This document shows, in pieces, positions 34,729 through 42,868 of a stretch of 64,000 nt of DNA. Position 1 is the stretch's first letter, and the number at the start of each line of letters is the position of its first letter. Source of the DNA: Gemmataceae bacterium (GTDB lineage: Bacteria > Planctomycetota > Planctomycetia > Gemmatales > Gemmataceae). The notes under the pieces are model-generated. The model searched no databases. It was not told the origin of the DNA and saw only the letters and a list, made by a program, of their open reading frames with translations. A program made the translations under genes and the position numbers. The stretch is taken from NCBI GenBank assembly GCA_035266225.1, contig DATFNV010000336.1, positions 134-64,133 of the forward strand, read 5' to 3'.

Positions 34729-34830
34729 CAATTGCAGATTGCAGATTGCAGATTGGAAGACAAATCTGCAATCTGCAATCTGCAATCTGCAATCTGCAAT
34801 CTGCAATCTGCAATCTGCAATCTGCAATCT
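34729..34830. repeat. asymmetric heptamer palindrome: about 3.5 x AGATTGC, spacer, about 9-10 x GCAATCT
   Basis: Read directly. Starts 3 nt after the nuoC TAA and ends immediately before the GGAGGG Shine-Dalgarno sequence of nuoD. Confidence 0.95.
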
Positions 34831-34839
34831 GGAGGGATC

Positions 34840-36060
34840 ATGCCACTGGAAACGCTCGATCCCCTGGCCGACGAGGTGGCCGAGAAAGACTACCAGTGGA
34901 CCCTCAACTTCGGCCCACAGCACCCGGCCACGCACACGACGCTGCGCCTGCTCCTGACGATTGACGGCGAGACCGTCATCAAGGCGGTGCCGGACATCGG
35001 CTACCTGCACAGCGGCTTCGAGAAGCTCGGCGAGCACCTCGACTACAACCAGTACGTCACCATCGTGGACCGGATGAACTACATCTCGCCGGTCATGAAC
35101 GAGATCGCCTGGTTCCACGTCGTCGAGAAGCTGATGGGCGTCGAGATCACGCCGCGCTGCAAGTACCTGCGCGTCATCCTGGGCGAATTGTCGCGTATCT
35201 CCGACCACCTGCTCTGCACCGGGGCGGCGGCGCTCGACCTGGGGGCCCTCACCGCCTTCCTGTACGCCTTCTACCAGCGCGAGAAGCTCTACGACATCTT
35301 CGAGTTCGCCTCGGGGCAGCGCTTCCACCCCAGCTATTTCCGCGTCGGCGGGCTGACCCGCGACGTGGACGACGCCTGGATCGACCGGGTGCGCGACTTC
35401 ATCAAGGGCTTCCCGCGGGCGCACGCCGACGTAACGAAGCTGCTCAACCGCAACCGCATCTTCATCGACCGCACCCACGGCATCGGCGTCCTGACCCGCG
35501 AGGAGGCGATCAACCGCGGCGCCACCGGCCCCGTCGCCCGCGCCAGCGGTGTGGTCCGCGACCTGCGCAAGGACGAGCCGTACCTCGCCTACAAGGATTT
35601 CGACTTCAAGGTCGTCTGCTCGACCGCCGGCGACAGCTACGCCCGCTACCTGGTACGCATGGAAGAGATGCTCGAGTCGCTGAAGATCGTCGCGCAGGCG
35701 GTCGAGAATTTGCCGGGCGGCCCGGTCAACGTGGACGTGGAAGGCAAGGCGGTGCTGCCCGACCAGCTGGCGGTGTACCGCAGCATCGAGTCGCTGATCC
35801 AGCACTTCGAGTTGGTCATGACCAACCGGCAATGGCAGCCGCCGGTCGAGGAACTCTACGGGGCGGTCGAGTCGCCGAACGGGGAGCTGGGCTTCTACGT
35901 CGTCAGCGACGGCAGCGGGCAGGCGTACCGGGCGCGGACGCGGCCGCCGTCGTACATCCATTTCGCCCTGTTCCCGCAGCTGATCGTCGGACACCAGGTA
36001 AGCGACGTGGTGGCGGTGCTGGGGAGCCTGAACATCATCGCGGCGGAGCTGGACCGGTAG
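34840..36060 (+). CDS. nuoD: NADH-quinone oxidoreductase subunit D
   Basis: ATG 34840, with GGAGGG at -9. Motifs LNFGPQHPATHTTLRL, IGYLHSGFEKL and RPPSYIHF. Confidence 0.93.
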   Translation: MPLETLDPLADEVAEKDYQWTLNFGPQHPATHTTLRLLLTIDGETVIKAVPDIGYLHSGFEKLGEHLDYNQYVTIVDRMNYISPVMNEIAWFHVVEKLMGVEITPRCKYLRVILGELSRISDHLLCTGAAALDLGALTAFLYAFYQREKLYDIFEFASGQRFHPSYFRVGGLTRDVDDAWIDRVRDFIKGFPRAHADVTKLLNRNRIFIDRTHGIGVLTREEAINRGATGPVARASGVVRDLRKDEPYLAYKDFDFKVVCSTAGDSYARYLVRMEEMLESLKIVAQAVENLPGGPVNVDVEGKAVLPDQLAVYRSIESLIQHFELVMTNRQWQPPVEELYGAVESPNGELGFYVVSDGSGQAYRARTRPPSYIHFALFPQLIVGHQVSDVVAVLGSLNIIAAELDR

Positions 36061-36118
36061 GTCAGGCTTTCCAGCCTGACCGGGCTTGGGGTCAGGCTGG
36101 AAAGCCTGACCTACGATG
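36059..36118. mobile_element. 60-nt twin-hairpin insertion flanked by a 14-nt direct repeat (MITE/REP-like, non-autonomous)
   Basis: Hairpins GGTCAGGCTTTCCAGCCTGACC (36060-36081) and GGTCAGGCTGGAAAGCCTGACC (36090-36111). The direct repeat GGAGCTGGACCGGT occurs at 36045-36058 and 36119-36132. Confidence 0.7.
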
Positions 36119-36610
36119 GGAGCTGGACCGGTGAGCGTACTGAGCGAAGACCTGCGGCAGAAGATCCTGGCGTACCTCCCGCGCTACCCGAGCAAGCAGG
36201 CGGTGACGCTGCCGGCGCTGCACGTCGTGCAGGACGCCCTGCGCTGCGTGCCGCTGGAGGCGGTCCGGGAGATCGCCGACCTGCTCGACCTGAGCCCGGC
36301 CGAGGTCGCCGACACGATGACCTTCTACGGCTTCTTCCGCCCCGAGGACAAGCCGCTCGGCAAGACTCGCCTGTGGGTGTGCCGGGGATTGGCCTGCGCC
36401 CTCCGCGGCGGCGAGGAGCTGCTGTCGGACCTGTGTCAGCGGCTGAACGTCCGGCCCGGCCAGACGAGCGCGGACGGCAAGGTCACCGTCGAGTTCGCCG
36501 AGTGCATCGGCGTGTGCGAGGGAGCGCCGGCGGTGCTGATCGACGACGCCGGGCGCGGGGACGTGACGCCGGATCGGGTGGACGCCCTGCTGGCAGAACT
36601 GCGACAATGA
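36116..36610 (+). CDS. nuoE: NADH-quinone oxidoreductase subunit E
   Basis: 164 aa. 2Fe-2S cysteines in VCRGLAC and ECIGVCEGAP. The ancestral start was probably the in-frame GTG 36131. Confidence 0.9.
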   Translation: MGAGPVSVLSEDLRQKILAYLPRYPSKQAVTLPALHVVQDALRCVPLEAVREIADLLDLSPAEVADTMTFYGFFRPEDKPLGKTRLWVCRGLACALRGGEELLSDLCQRLNVRPGQTSADGKVTVEFAECIGVCEGAPAVLIDDAGRGDVTPDRVDALLAELRQ

Positions 36611-36638
36611 CGGCGGCCCGCGAGAGGAGGGTTCAGCC

Positions 36639-36992
36639 ATGCAACTGGAAGATTACTTCGAGTTCGAGAAGTTCACGACCCCGTTTGGGCCGGTCGAGCG
36701 CATCCGGATCAAGGGACACCGGATCGCTATCGAGAACGTCATCGACTACTTCAATCAAGGGATGCAGCCGAGGGAGATTTGCGAGAAATTGCCGACCCTT
36801 ACGCTGGAGGAGGTTTACGCGACGGTCACGTACTACCTCCACAACAAGGAAAAGGTAGACGCCTACAACGAGGAGGGCGAGAAGATCGCGGACGCGTGGT
36901 ATCAGGAGTACCTCAAATACGGGCCGTACTTCTTGCGGGACCGGGCGAGCGAGTACGTTGTTGGACCGGAAGTCCCACCCGACCATGACTAA
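36639..36992 (+). CDS. DUF433-domain protein (putative antitoxin)
   Basis: 117 aa. IRIKGHRIAIENVIDYFNQGMQPREICEKLPTLTLEEVYATVTYY fits the DUF433 helix-turn-helix pattern. About 55% GC versus about 70% in the flanks. Confidence 0.7.
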   Translation: MQLEDYFEFEKFTTPFGPVERIRIKGHRIAIENVIDYFNQGMQPREICEKLPTLTLEEVYATVTYYLHNKEKVDAYNEEGEKIADAWYQEYLKYGPYFLRDRASEYVVGPEVPPDHD

Positions 36993-37344
36993 ACCGCGGT
37001 TTCTATGCGATGAGAACATCGACCCGGACCTCGTCGATGCCATCCGGCAGATGGGGCCCGCCATCGACGTCATTCGGGTCGGCGATCCCGGCGCTCCGCC
37101 CTTGGGTACAAAGGATCCCGATCTCCTTATCGCTGCCGAGGCGTCGGGGCGTGTCTTTGTTTCCCACGACCGGCGCTCGATGTCAGGCCACTTGGCAAAC
37201 CACTACGCTGCCGGACGACACACGGCAGGGATCATTCTGTTGCGGCGAAGGTTTTCGATCGGGCAGTACGCCCGAGAAATCGTCAATCAGTGGGCAACCA
37301 CGACTGCTGACGAGTGGGTTGATCGCACGATGTACTTGCCCTAA
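36985..37344 (+). CDS. DUF5615 / Mut7-C-like PIN-fold protein (putative toxin)
   Basis: ATG 36985, overlapping the DUF433 stop by 8 nt. MTKPRFLCDENIDPDLVDAIRQMG...DPDLLIAAEASGRVFVSHDRR...AGIILLRR. Confidence 0.7.
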   Translation: MTKPRFLCDENIDPDLVDAIRQMGPAIDVIRVGDPGAPPLGTKDPDLLIAAEASGRVFVSHDRRSMSGHLANHYAAGRHTAGIILLRRRFSIGQYAREIVNQWATTTADEWVDRTMYLP

Positions 37345-37373
37345 CGATTGGAACGTGCCTTGATGCTGGGTGA

Positions 37374-38708
37374 ATGCTGATGCCTGACTTTGAACCCGTG
37401 CTCCTGCGCCGCATCCTCCGCAACGCGGACGTCTCCCTGGAGGCGTACCGGGCCGACGGCGGCTACCGCGCCCTGGCGAAGGCGCTGGGCGAGATGGCCC
37501 CGGCGCAGGTCATCGACGTGGTCAAGGCGTCGGGGCTGCGCGGCCGCGGCGGCGCCGGCTTCCCGTGCGGCGTCAAGTGGACCTTCCTGCCCAAGGACCA
37601 CCCCGGCCCCATTTACATGTGCGTCAACGCCGACGAAAGCGAGCCCTGCACCTTCAACAACCGCATCTTGATGGAACAGGATCCGCACCAGATCCTCGAA
37701 GGCATCATCCTGTCGTGCTACGCCGTCAAGGCGACGACGGCTTACGTCTACGTCCGCTACGAGTACGGCCCCGCCGCCCGCGCCATGCAGCGCGCCATCG
37801 ACGAGGCCTACGCCGCGAACCTCCTGGGCCGCCACGTCCAGGGCAAGGACATCCACCTCGACGTCTTCGTCCACCGCGGGGCCGGCGCCTACATCTGTGG
37901 CGAGGAGACCGGCCTGATCGAAAGCCTGGAGGGCAAGCGCGCCTGGCCGCGCATCAAGCCGCCGTTCCCGGCCGTCGAAGGCGCCTTCCGCAAGCCGACC
38001 ATCGTCAACAACATCGAGACGATGGCCTGCGTCACGCACGTCGTCGATCGCGGCGCCGACTGGTTCAAGTCGATCGGCGTGCCGCCCGACCCGAAGAACC
38101 CGCGCGACGCCGGCAGCTACGGGCCGAAGCTGTACTGCCTCAGCGGCCACGTCAACAGGCCGGGCTGCGTCGAATTGCCGCTGGGCATCACGGTGCGCGA
38201 GCTGGTCGAGAAACACGGTGGCGGCGTCTGGAAGGGCAAGAAGGCCAAGGGCTGCATCCCCGGCGGCATCAGCATGGGCCTGATGACCGAGGCCGAGTTC
38301 GACACGCCGCTGGACTTCAACGGCCCCGGCAAGGTCGGCTGCCTCGGCCTCGGCACGGCCGCGGTCACGGTGTTCGACGAGGACACGAGCATTGTCGATG
38401 TCCTGTACAACGTCTGCCGCTTCTTCGCCCACGAGTCGTGCGGCCAGTGTACCCCGTGCCGCGAGGGGACCGGCTGGATGCTGAAGATCGCCGAGCGCCT
38501 GCGCCGCGGCCAGGGCCGGCTGGAAGACCTAAAAATCCTCGAAGAAGTCGGCCACGGCATGGGCATCATGCCGGGCACGACGATCTGCGGGTTGGCGGAC
38601 GGGGCCGGCTGGCCGGTGAAGATGGCCGTCCGCAAGTTCCGGGCGGAGTTCGAGGACTACCTGCGTGCCGGGAAGAAGAGCACGGCGGCGCTGGCTGGCG
38701 TGCATTAG
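37374..38708 (+). CDS. nuoF: NADH-quinone oxidoreductase subunit F
   Basis: 444 aa. Motifs GLRGRGGAGFPCGVKW, NADESEPCTFNNR, YICGEETGLIESLEG and ESCGQCTPCREG. Confidence 0.95.
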   Translation: MLMPDFEPVLLRRILRNADVSLEAYRADGGYRALAKALGEMAPAQVIDVVKASGLRGRGGAGFPCGVKWTFLPKDHPGPIYMCVNADESEPCTFNNRILMEQDPHQILEGIILSCYAVKATTAYVYVRYEYGPAARAMQRAIDEAYAANLLGRHVQGKDIHLDVFVHRGAGAYICGEETGLIESLEGKRAWPRIKPPFPAVEGAFRKPTIVNNIETMACVTHVVDRGADWFKSIGVPPDPKNPRDAGSYGPKLYCLSGHVNRPGCVELPLGITVRELVEKHGGGVWKGKKAKGCIPGGISMGLMTEAEFDTPLDFNGPGKVGCLGLGTAAVTVFDEDTSIVDVLYNVCRFFAHESCGQCTPCREGTGWMLKIAERLRRGQGRLEDLKILEEVGHGMGIMPGTTICGLADGAGWPVKMAVRKFRAEFEDYLRAGKKSTAALAGVH

Positions 38709-38724
38709 CCGCTTGCGGCTTAGC
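38705..38724. repeat. small palindrome TTAGCCGCTTGCGGCTTAGC (half-site of the GCCGCTTGCGGC family)
   Basis: Contains the nuoF TAG stop (38706-38708). Confidence 0.7.
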
Positions 38725-38738
38725 GAGGAGGACTTGCC

Positions 38739-39227
38739 ATGCGTGGGATCCGTTGTGTGCTGCTGGCGGTCGTGCTGGTCGTGACGCTCGGCGCCTGCGG
38801 GTGCAAAAACAAGAACAAAGACACGGCCCCCGAAACGGGAGGCAACCCGCTCAGGCTGGACCAGGCCGGCGGCGCGCCGGCGCAGGGCGTGGTCCGGCGC
38901 GGGGCGCAGCGGCAGGAGATTCAGGGCATCCTGGAAAACCTCGCCAAATACTACGAACTGTACCGAGGCGAAAACGGGCGGCCGCCCAAGAGCCTTCAGG
39001 AATTCAGGGCGTACCTGGCGAGCGACCCCAACGCCCGCAAACTCGTGGAGGCCGTGGACAAGGGCTGGCTCGTGTGGGTCTTCGACCCTCCACCGAACAC
39101 CAACCAGGTGCTGGCCTACGAGAAGGAGGAGTTCGAGCAGTTCCATAACCGGCTTGTCCTCTTCGGCGGCGGTGCGGTCAAGTTGATGACCGACGCGGAA
39201 TTCCAGGCGGCGCTCAAGGGGCAGTAG
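38739..39227 (+). CDS. hypothetical lipoprotein encoded between nuoF and nuoG
   Basis: 162 aa. MRGIRCVLLAVVLVVTLGACGCKNK has a lipobox L-G-A-C. Same strand, short spacers on both sides. Confidence 0.65.
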   Translation: MRGIRCVLLAVVLVVTLGACGCKNKNKDTAPETGGNPLRLDQAGGAPAQGVVRRGAQRQEIQGILENLAKYYELYRGENGRPPKSLQEFRAYLASDPNARKLVEAVDKGWLVWVFDPPPNTNQVLAYEKEEFEQFHNRLVLFGGGAVKLMTDAEFQAALKGQ

Positions 39228-39247
39228 CTCAGCGAGGCGAGGCGCTC

Positions 39248-40888
39248 ATGGCAGTCGTTTACGTCAACGGCACGCCGGTCGATATCGGTGCCGAGAGGCT
39301 GAACCTGATTCAGGCCGCCGAGAAGGCCGGGGTGTTCATTCCCCGCTACTGCTGGCACCCGGCGCTGACCGTGGTGGCGTCGTGCCGCATGTGCCTGGTC
39401 GAGGCCGGCGAGATGAAGGACGGCAAGCCGACCCTGCAGCCGCGCGTCGTTCCCGCCTGCCAGACGCCGGCCAAGGACGGCAGCGTCATCGTCACCAACA
39501 GCGACAAGGCCAAGGCCGCCCAGGCCGGTACCCTGGAAGACCTGCTCCTCAACCATCCCCTCGACTGCCCCGTCTGCGACAAGGCCGGCGAGTGCATGCT
39601 CCAGGACTTCAGCTACCGCTTTGGCCGGTCCGAGAGTCGTATGATCGACCCGAAGCACACGCCGCCCAACAAGCCGCACATCGGGCCGAATGTCACGCTG
39701 TTCACCGACCGCTGCATCATGTGTACCCGTTGCGTCCGCTTCGCGCGCGAGGTCAGCGGTGAGGCCGAACTGCTGGTCGCGAACCGCGGCGACCACGAAG
39801 AAATCGACACCTTCCCCGGCATCCCGCTCGACAACAAGCTGGCCAGTAACGTCGTGGACCTGTGCCCCGTCGGCGCCCTGTGCAGCAAGGACTTCCTCTA
39901 CAAACAGCGCGTCTGGTTCCTCAAGGAGCAGAAGAGCGTCTGCCCCGATTGCAGCACCGGCTGCAGCGTCTGCCTCGACACCAACAAGAGCGTCGTCTAC
40001 CGCCTGCGGCCGCGCTACAACCCGCAGGCCCAGGGGCACTTCATGTGCGACGACGGCCGACTCGGCTACCACTACATCAACTCCGACCAGCGGCTGACGC
40101 AACCCTACTCCCGGCGCGACGGCCGGTTGCAACCGGCCGAGTGGCCGGAGGTGCTGGCGGGGGTGCGGCGCGAGTTCGCCGAGGCTGTGCGGCGGGACGG
40201 CTCCGCGGTCGCCGGCGTCCTGTCGCCGTTCCTGACGTGCGAGGAGGCGTTCCTGCTCGCCAAGTTCCTCAAGGGTCTGTCGGGGGAGGTGCGCCTGGCG
40301 CTGGGTCCGGTGCCGGTCGTCGGCGAGGACGATACCTATCCCAAGGACCGCCGCGGCCGGCCGGCCCAGCCGGTGAAATTCATCATTCGGGCGGAGAAAT
40401 GTCCGAACCGCCGCGGCGTCGAGGAGGTGCTACGTCACTTCCAGGGGGACGTGGTCAAGTTCGACGACGTCCTGCGCGACGCGGCGGCCGGCAAGGTGCA
40501 GGCGCTCTACCTCGCGGCCGGCTACCCGCCGCGCGGAGGCTGGATCACCGAGGCGCAGGCGAAGTCGCTGGAGAAGGTGCCGCTCCTGGTGGTGCAGGAC
40601 CTGTTCTTCACGCCGGCCACCGGCCCGGCGAAGTACGTCATCCCCGCGGTCAGCTTCGCGGAGAAGGACGGCACCTTCGTCAACCACGCTGGGCTGGCGC
40701 AGGCGATCCACTGGGGCGCAACGCCGCCTGGCGAGTGCCGCACTGACGGGCAAGTGTTCCTCGACCTGCTGGAGCGCCGCGGGCTGGCGCACGCGCCGAC
40801 CTTTAGGAAGGAATTGGCCGGCGAAGTGCCGTACTTCGCGCCGCTGGCGCCGGGGGAGATCGGCGAATACGGGGTAATGCTCGTTTAG
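39248..40888 (+). CDS. nuoG: NADH-quinone oxidoreductase subunit G (short form)
   Basis: 546 aa. 2Fe-2S region CWHPALTVVASCRMCLVE, then HPLDCPVCDKAGEC, CIMCTRCVRF and LCPVGAL. Confidence 0.92.
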   Translation: MAVVYVNGTPVDIGAERLNLIQAAEKAGVFIPRYCWHPALTVVASCRMCLVEAGEMKDGKPTLQPRVVPACQTPAKDGSVIVTNSDKAKAAQAGTLEDLLLNHPLDCPVCDKAGECMLQDFSYRFGRSESRMIDPKHTPPNKPHIGPNVTLFTDRCIMCTRCVRFAREVSGEAELLVANRGDHEEIDTFPGIPLDNKLASNVVDLCPVGALCSKDFLYKQRVWFLKEQKSVCPDCSTGCSVCLDTNKSVVYRLRPRYNPQAQGHFMCDDGRLGYHYINSDQRLTQPYSRRDGRLQPAEWPEVLAGVRREFAEAVRRDGSAVAGVLSPFLTCEEAFLLAKFLKGLSGEVRLALGPVPVVGEDDTYPKDRRGRPAQPVKFIIRAEKCPNRRGVEEVLRHFQGDVVKFDDVLRDAAAGKVQALYLAAGYPPRGGWITEAQAKSLEKVPLLVVQDLFFTPATGPAKYVIPAVSFAEKDGTFVNHAGLAQAIHWGATPPGECRTDGQVFLDLLERRGLAHAPTFRKELAGEVPYFAPLAPGEIGEYGVMLV

Positions 40889-40932
40889 CGGCGGGTCGCA
40901 GACCCGCGCGGGTCTGCGACCCGCCGCTAAAC
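40883..40932. repeat. palindromic element GTTTAGCGGCGGGTCGCAGACCCGCG / CGCGGGTCTGCGACCCGCCGCTAAAC
   Basis: A near-perfect 50-nt palindrome. The first 6 nt encode the last Val and the TAG stop of nuoG. Confidence 0.9.
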
Positions 40933-40946
40933 AAGGACGGATATCC

Positions 40947-42161
40947 ATGCACTACCTATACGACACCGAGCATTTCTGGTGGACGATCATCACGGTCGCC
41001 GTCATCATGGGCGTCCTCCAGGGGACGTGCGCCTACCTGATCCTGCTGGAGCGCAAGGTGGCGGCGTGGGTGCAGGACCGCATCGGCCCCAACCGCGTCG
41101 GCCCCTTCGGCCTGCTGCAGCCCATCGCCGACGGTGTCAAGTTCCTCCTCAAGGAGGACATCGTCCCCTCCCACGTCGATAAGGTCTTCTTCCTCATCGC
41201 CCCGGCGATCGCCATCGGCACCGCGACCTTGGCCTTCGCCGTCGTCCCCTTCGGCCCGACCAGCGAGCCGCCCCAGGTCAAGTGGGCGCAATCGACGACC
41301 GAGGCTGCCCAGGTCTACACGCCAGAAGTGGTCAAGGAGAAAGACGAGTACAACGACCGGTATCAGGCGGTGATTGCGCCGCACGTGGACATCGGCTTCC
41401 TGTTCCTGTTCGCGGTGAGCAGCCTCGCGGTATACGGCATCATCCTGGGCGGCTGGTCGTCCAACGACAAGTACAGCCTCATGGGCGCCCTGCGCTCCAG
41501 CGCCCAGCTCATCAGCTACGAGATCCCGATGGGCCTGTCGATCCTTGGCGTCGTCATTCTGACGGGGTCGCTGAACCTGGAACGGATCATCGGGGCCCAG
41601 CTCAACCACGGTTGGAACGTCGTCTATCAACCTCTGGCCTGTCTGCTGTTTCTGACGAGCATCTTTGCCGAGTGCAACCGCCTGCCGTTCGACCTGCCCG
41701 AGGCCGAGCAGGAACTGGTCGGCGGCTACCACACCGAGTACAGCGCTATGAAGTTCGCGCTGTTCTTCCTCGGCGAGTACACGCACATGATCACCACGAG
41801 CTTCCTGTTCGTGACCCTGTTCTTCGGCGGCTGGCACCTCCCGTGGGTCGCCACGCCGGAATCGTTCTGGGTGGTGAAGCTGATCGTCTTCGCCGGGAAG
41901 ATGTTCCTCATCATCCTCTTCTACATGCTGGTGCGCTGGACCCTCCCGCGCTTCCGCTTCGACCAGCTCATGGGCATTGCCTGGAGGGTGCTCATCCCGC
42001 TGTCGCTGGCGAACCTGCTGGTGGTCATGGTGGTGAAGGAAGTCGCGCTGACGTACGGCTGGGCGAACTGGGCGCAGGCCGTCGTGCTGTTCGCGCTGTC
42101 GGTCGGCCTGATCGTGGTGACGGGGGCGCTGGCGCTGAGGCAGCGGCCGCTTGCGGCTTAG
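40947..42161 (+). CDS. nuoH: NADH-quinone oxidoreductase subunit H
   Basis: 404 aa. Motifs ERKVAAWVQDRIGPNRVGPFGLLQPIADGVK, AECNRLPFDLPEAEQELVGGYHTEYS and FFLGEY. Confidence 0.95.
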   Translation: MHYLYDTEHFWWTIITVAVIMGVLQGTCAYLILLERKVAAWVQDRIGPNRVGPFGLLQPIADGVKFLLKEDIVPSHVDKVFFLIAPAIAIGTATLAFAVVPFGPTSEPPQVKWAQSTTEAAQVYTPEVVKEKDEYNDRYQAVIAPHVDIGFLFLFAVSSLAVYGIILGGWSSNDKYSLMGALRSSAQLISYEIPMGLSILGVVILTGSLNLERIIGAQLNHGWNVVYQPLACLLFLTSIFAECNRLPFDLPEAEQELVGGYHTEYSAMKFALFFLGEYTHMITTSFLFVTLFFGGWHLPWVATPESFWVVKLIVFAGKMFLIILFYMLVRWTLPRFRFDQLMGIAWRVLIPLSLANLLVVMVVKEVALTYGWANWAQAVVLFALSVGLIVVTGALALRQRPLAA

Positions 42162-42176
42162 CGCGAAACGATAAAC
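42146..42176. repeat. hybrid half-element GCCGCTTGCGGCTTAGCG + CGAAACGATAAAC
   Basis: Joins modules seen separately elsewhere in the window. Encodes the last residues (PLAA) and the TAG stop of nuoH. Confidence 0.75.
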
Positions 42177-42194
42177 AAAGACAGGGGTCATGTC

Positions 42195-42797
42195 ATGCCC
42201 ATCGCCGAGAGTGACGTCCGCTGGGTCGATGTGCCGAAGCTGAATCTCCTGGAGCAGCTTTACGTCCCGGCCGTGCTGTCGGGCCTGGTGACGACCGGCC
42301 GACACTTCGTCCGCACCATCACCGGCAAGGACGTGACGACGCAGTTCCCCGAGGAACGCCCGAAGCTCCCCGCCAACTACCGCGGCGTCCACCGCCTCAA
42401 CCGCGACGAGCAGGGGCGCGTCAAGTGCGTCGCCTGCTACATGTGCTCGACCGCCTGCCCCGCCCACTGCATCGACATCGTCGCCGCCCCGTCTCCCTGG
42501 CCCGACCGCGAGAAGTACCCCGAGACGTTCGTCATCGACGAGCTGCGCTGCATCTACTGCGGCATGTGCGAGCAGGCGTGTCCCGTGGACGCCATCGAGC
42601 TGACCACCCTCTTCGACCTGACTGGGCTCAGCCGCGAGGAGATGATGTTCGACAAGGAAAAGCTGCTGAGCGTCTTCGACGAGACGGTCAGGGCGGGGAC
42701 CGACCCGGTGCGGACCAAGTCGGGGCGGCTAAGCGTCGCGTCGGAGCTGGCGCAGCCGGGCGGACTGCCCGACTCCTCGACGGGGACGATGTCGTAA
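42195..42797 (+). CDS. nuoI: NADH-quinone oxidoreductase subunit I
   Basis: 200 aa. Two 4Fe-4S motifs: CVACYMCSTACP and CIYCGMCEQACP. Confidence 0.93.
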   Translation: MPIAESDVRWVDVPKLNLLEQLYVPAVLSGLVTTGRHFVRTITGKDVTTQFPEERPKLPANYRGVHRLNRDEQGRVKCVACYMCSTACPAHCIDIVAAPSPWPDREKYPETFVIDELRCIYCGMCEQACPVDAIELTTLFDLTGLSREEMMFDKEKLLSVFDETVRAGTDPVRTKSGRLSVASELAQPGGLPDSSTGTMS

Positions 42798-42807
42798 CGC
42801 CTACAAA

Positions 42808-42867
42808 GCCGCTTGCGGCTTAGCGTTCGCTTCACCCCGATGAAGCGAACGCTAAGCCGCAAGCGGC
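42808..42867. repeat. palindromic element GCCGCTTGCGGCTTAGCGTTCGCTTCA-loop-reverse complement
   Basis: Same family as 14764-14825 and 58159-58218. Ends 1 nt before the nuoJ ATG. Confidence 0.9.
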
Positions 42868-42868
42868 C

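Noticed and set aside
34638-34964. Small ORFs encoding [14 protein letters not shown] / [13 protein letters not shown] peptides on both strands.
   Set aside because: They are produced purely by translation of the intergenic heptamer palindrome. They have no independent start context and they overlap the nuoD start.
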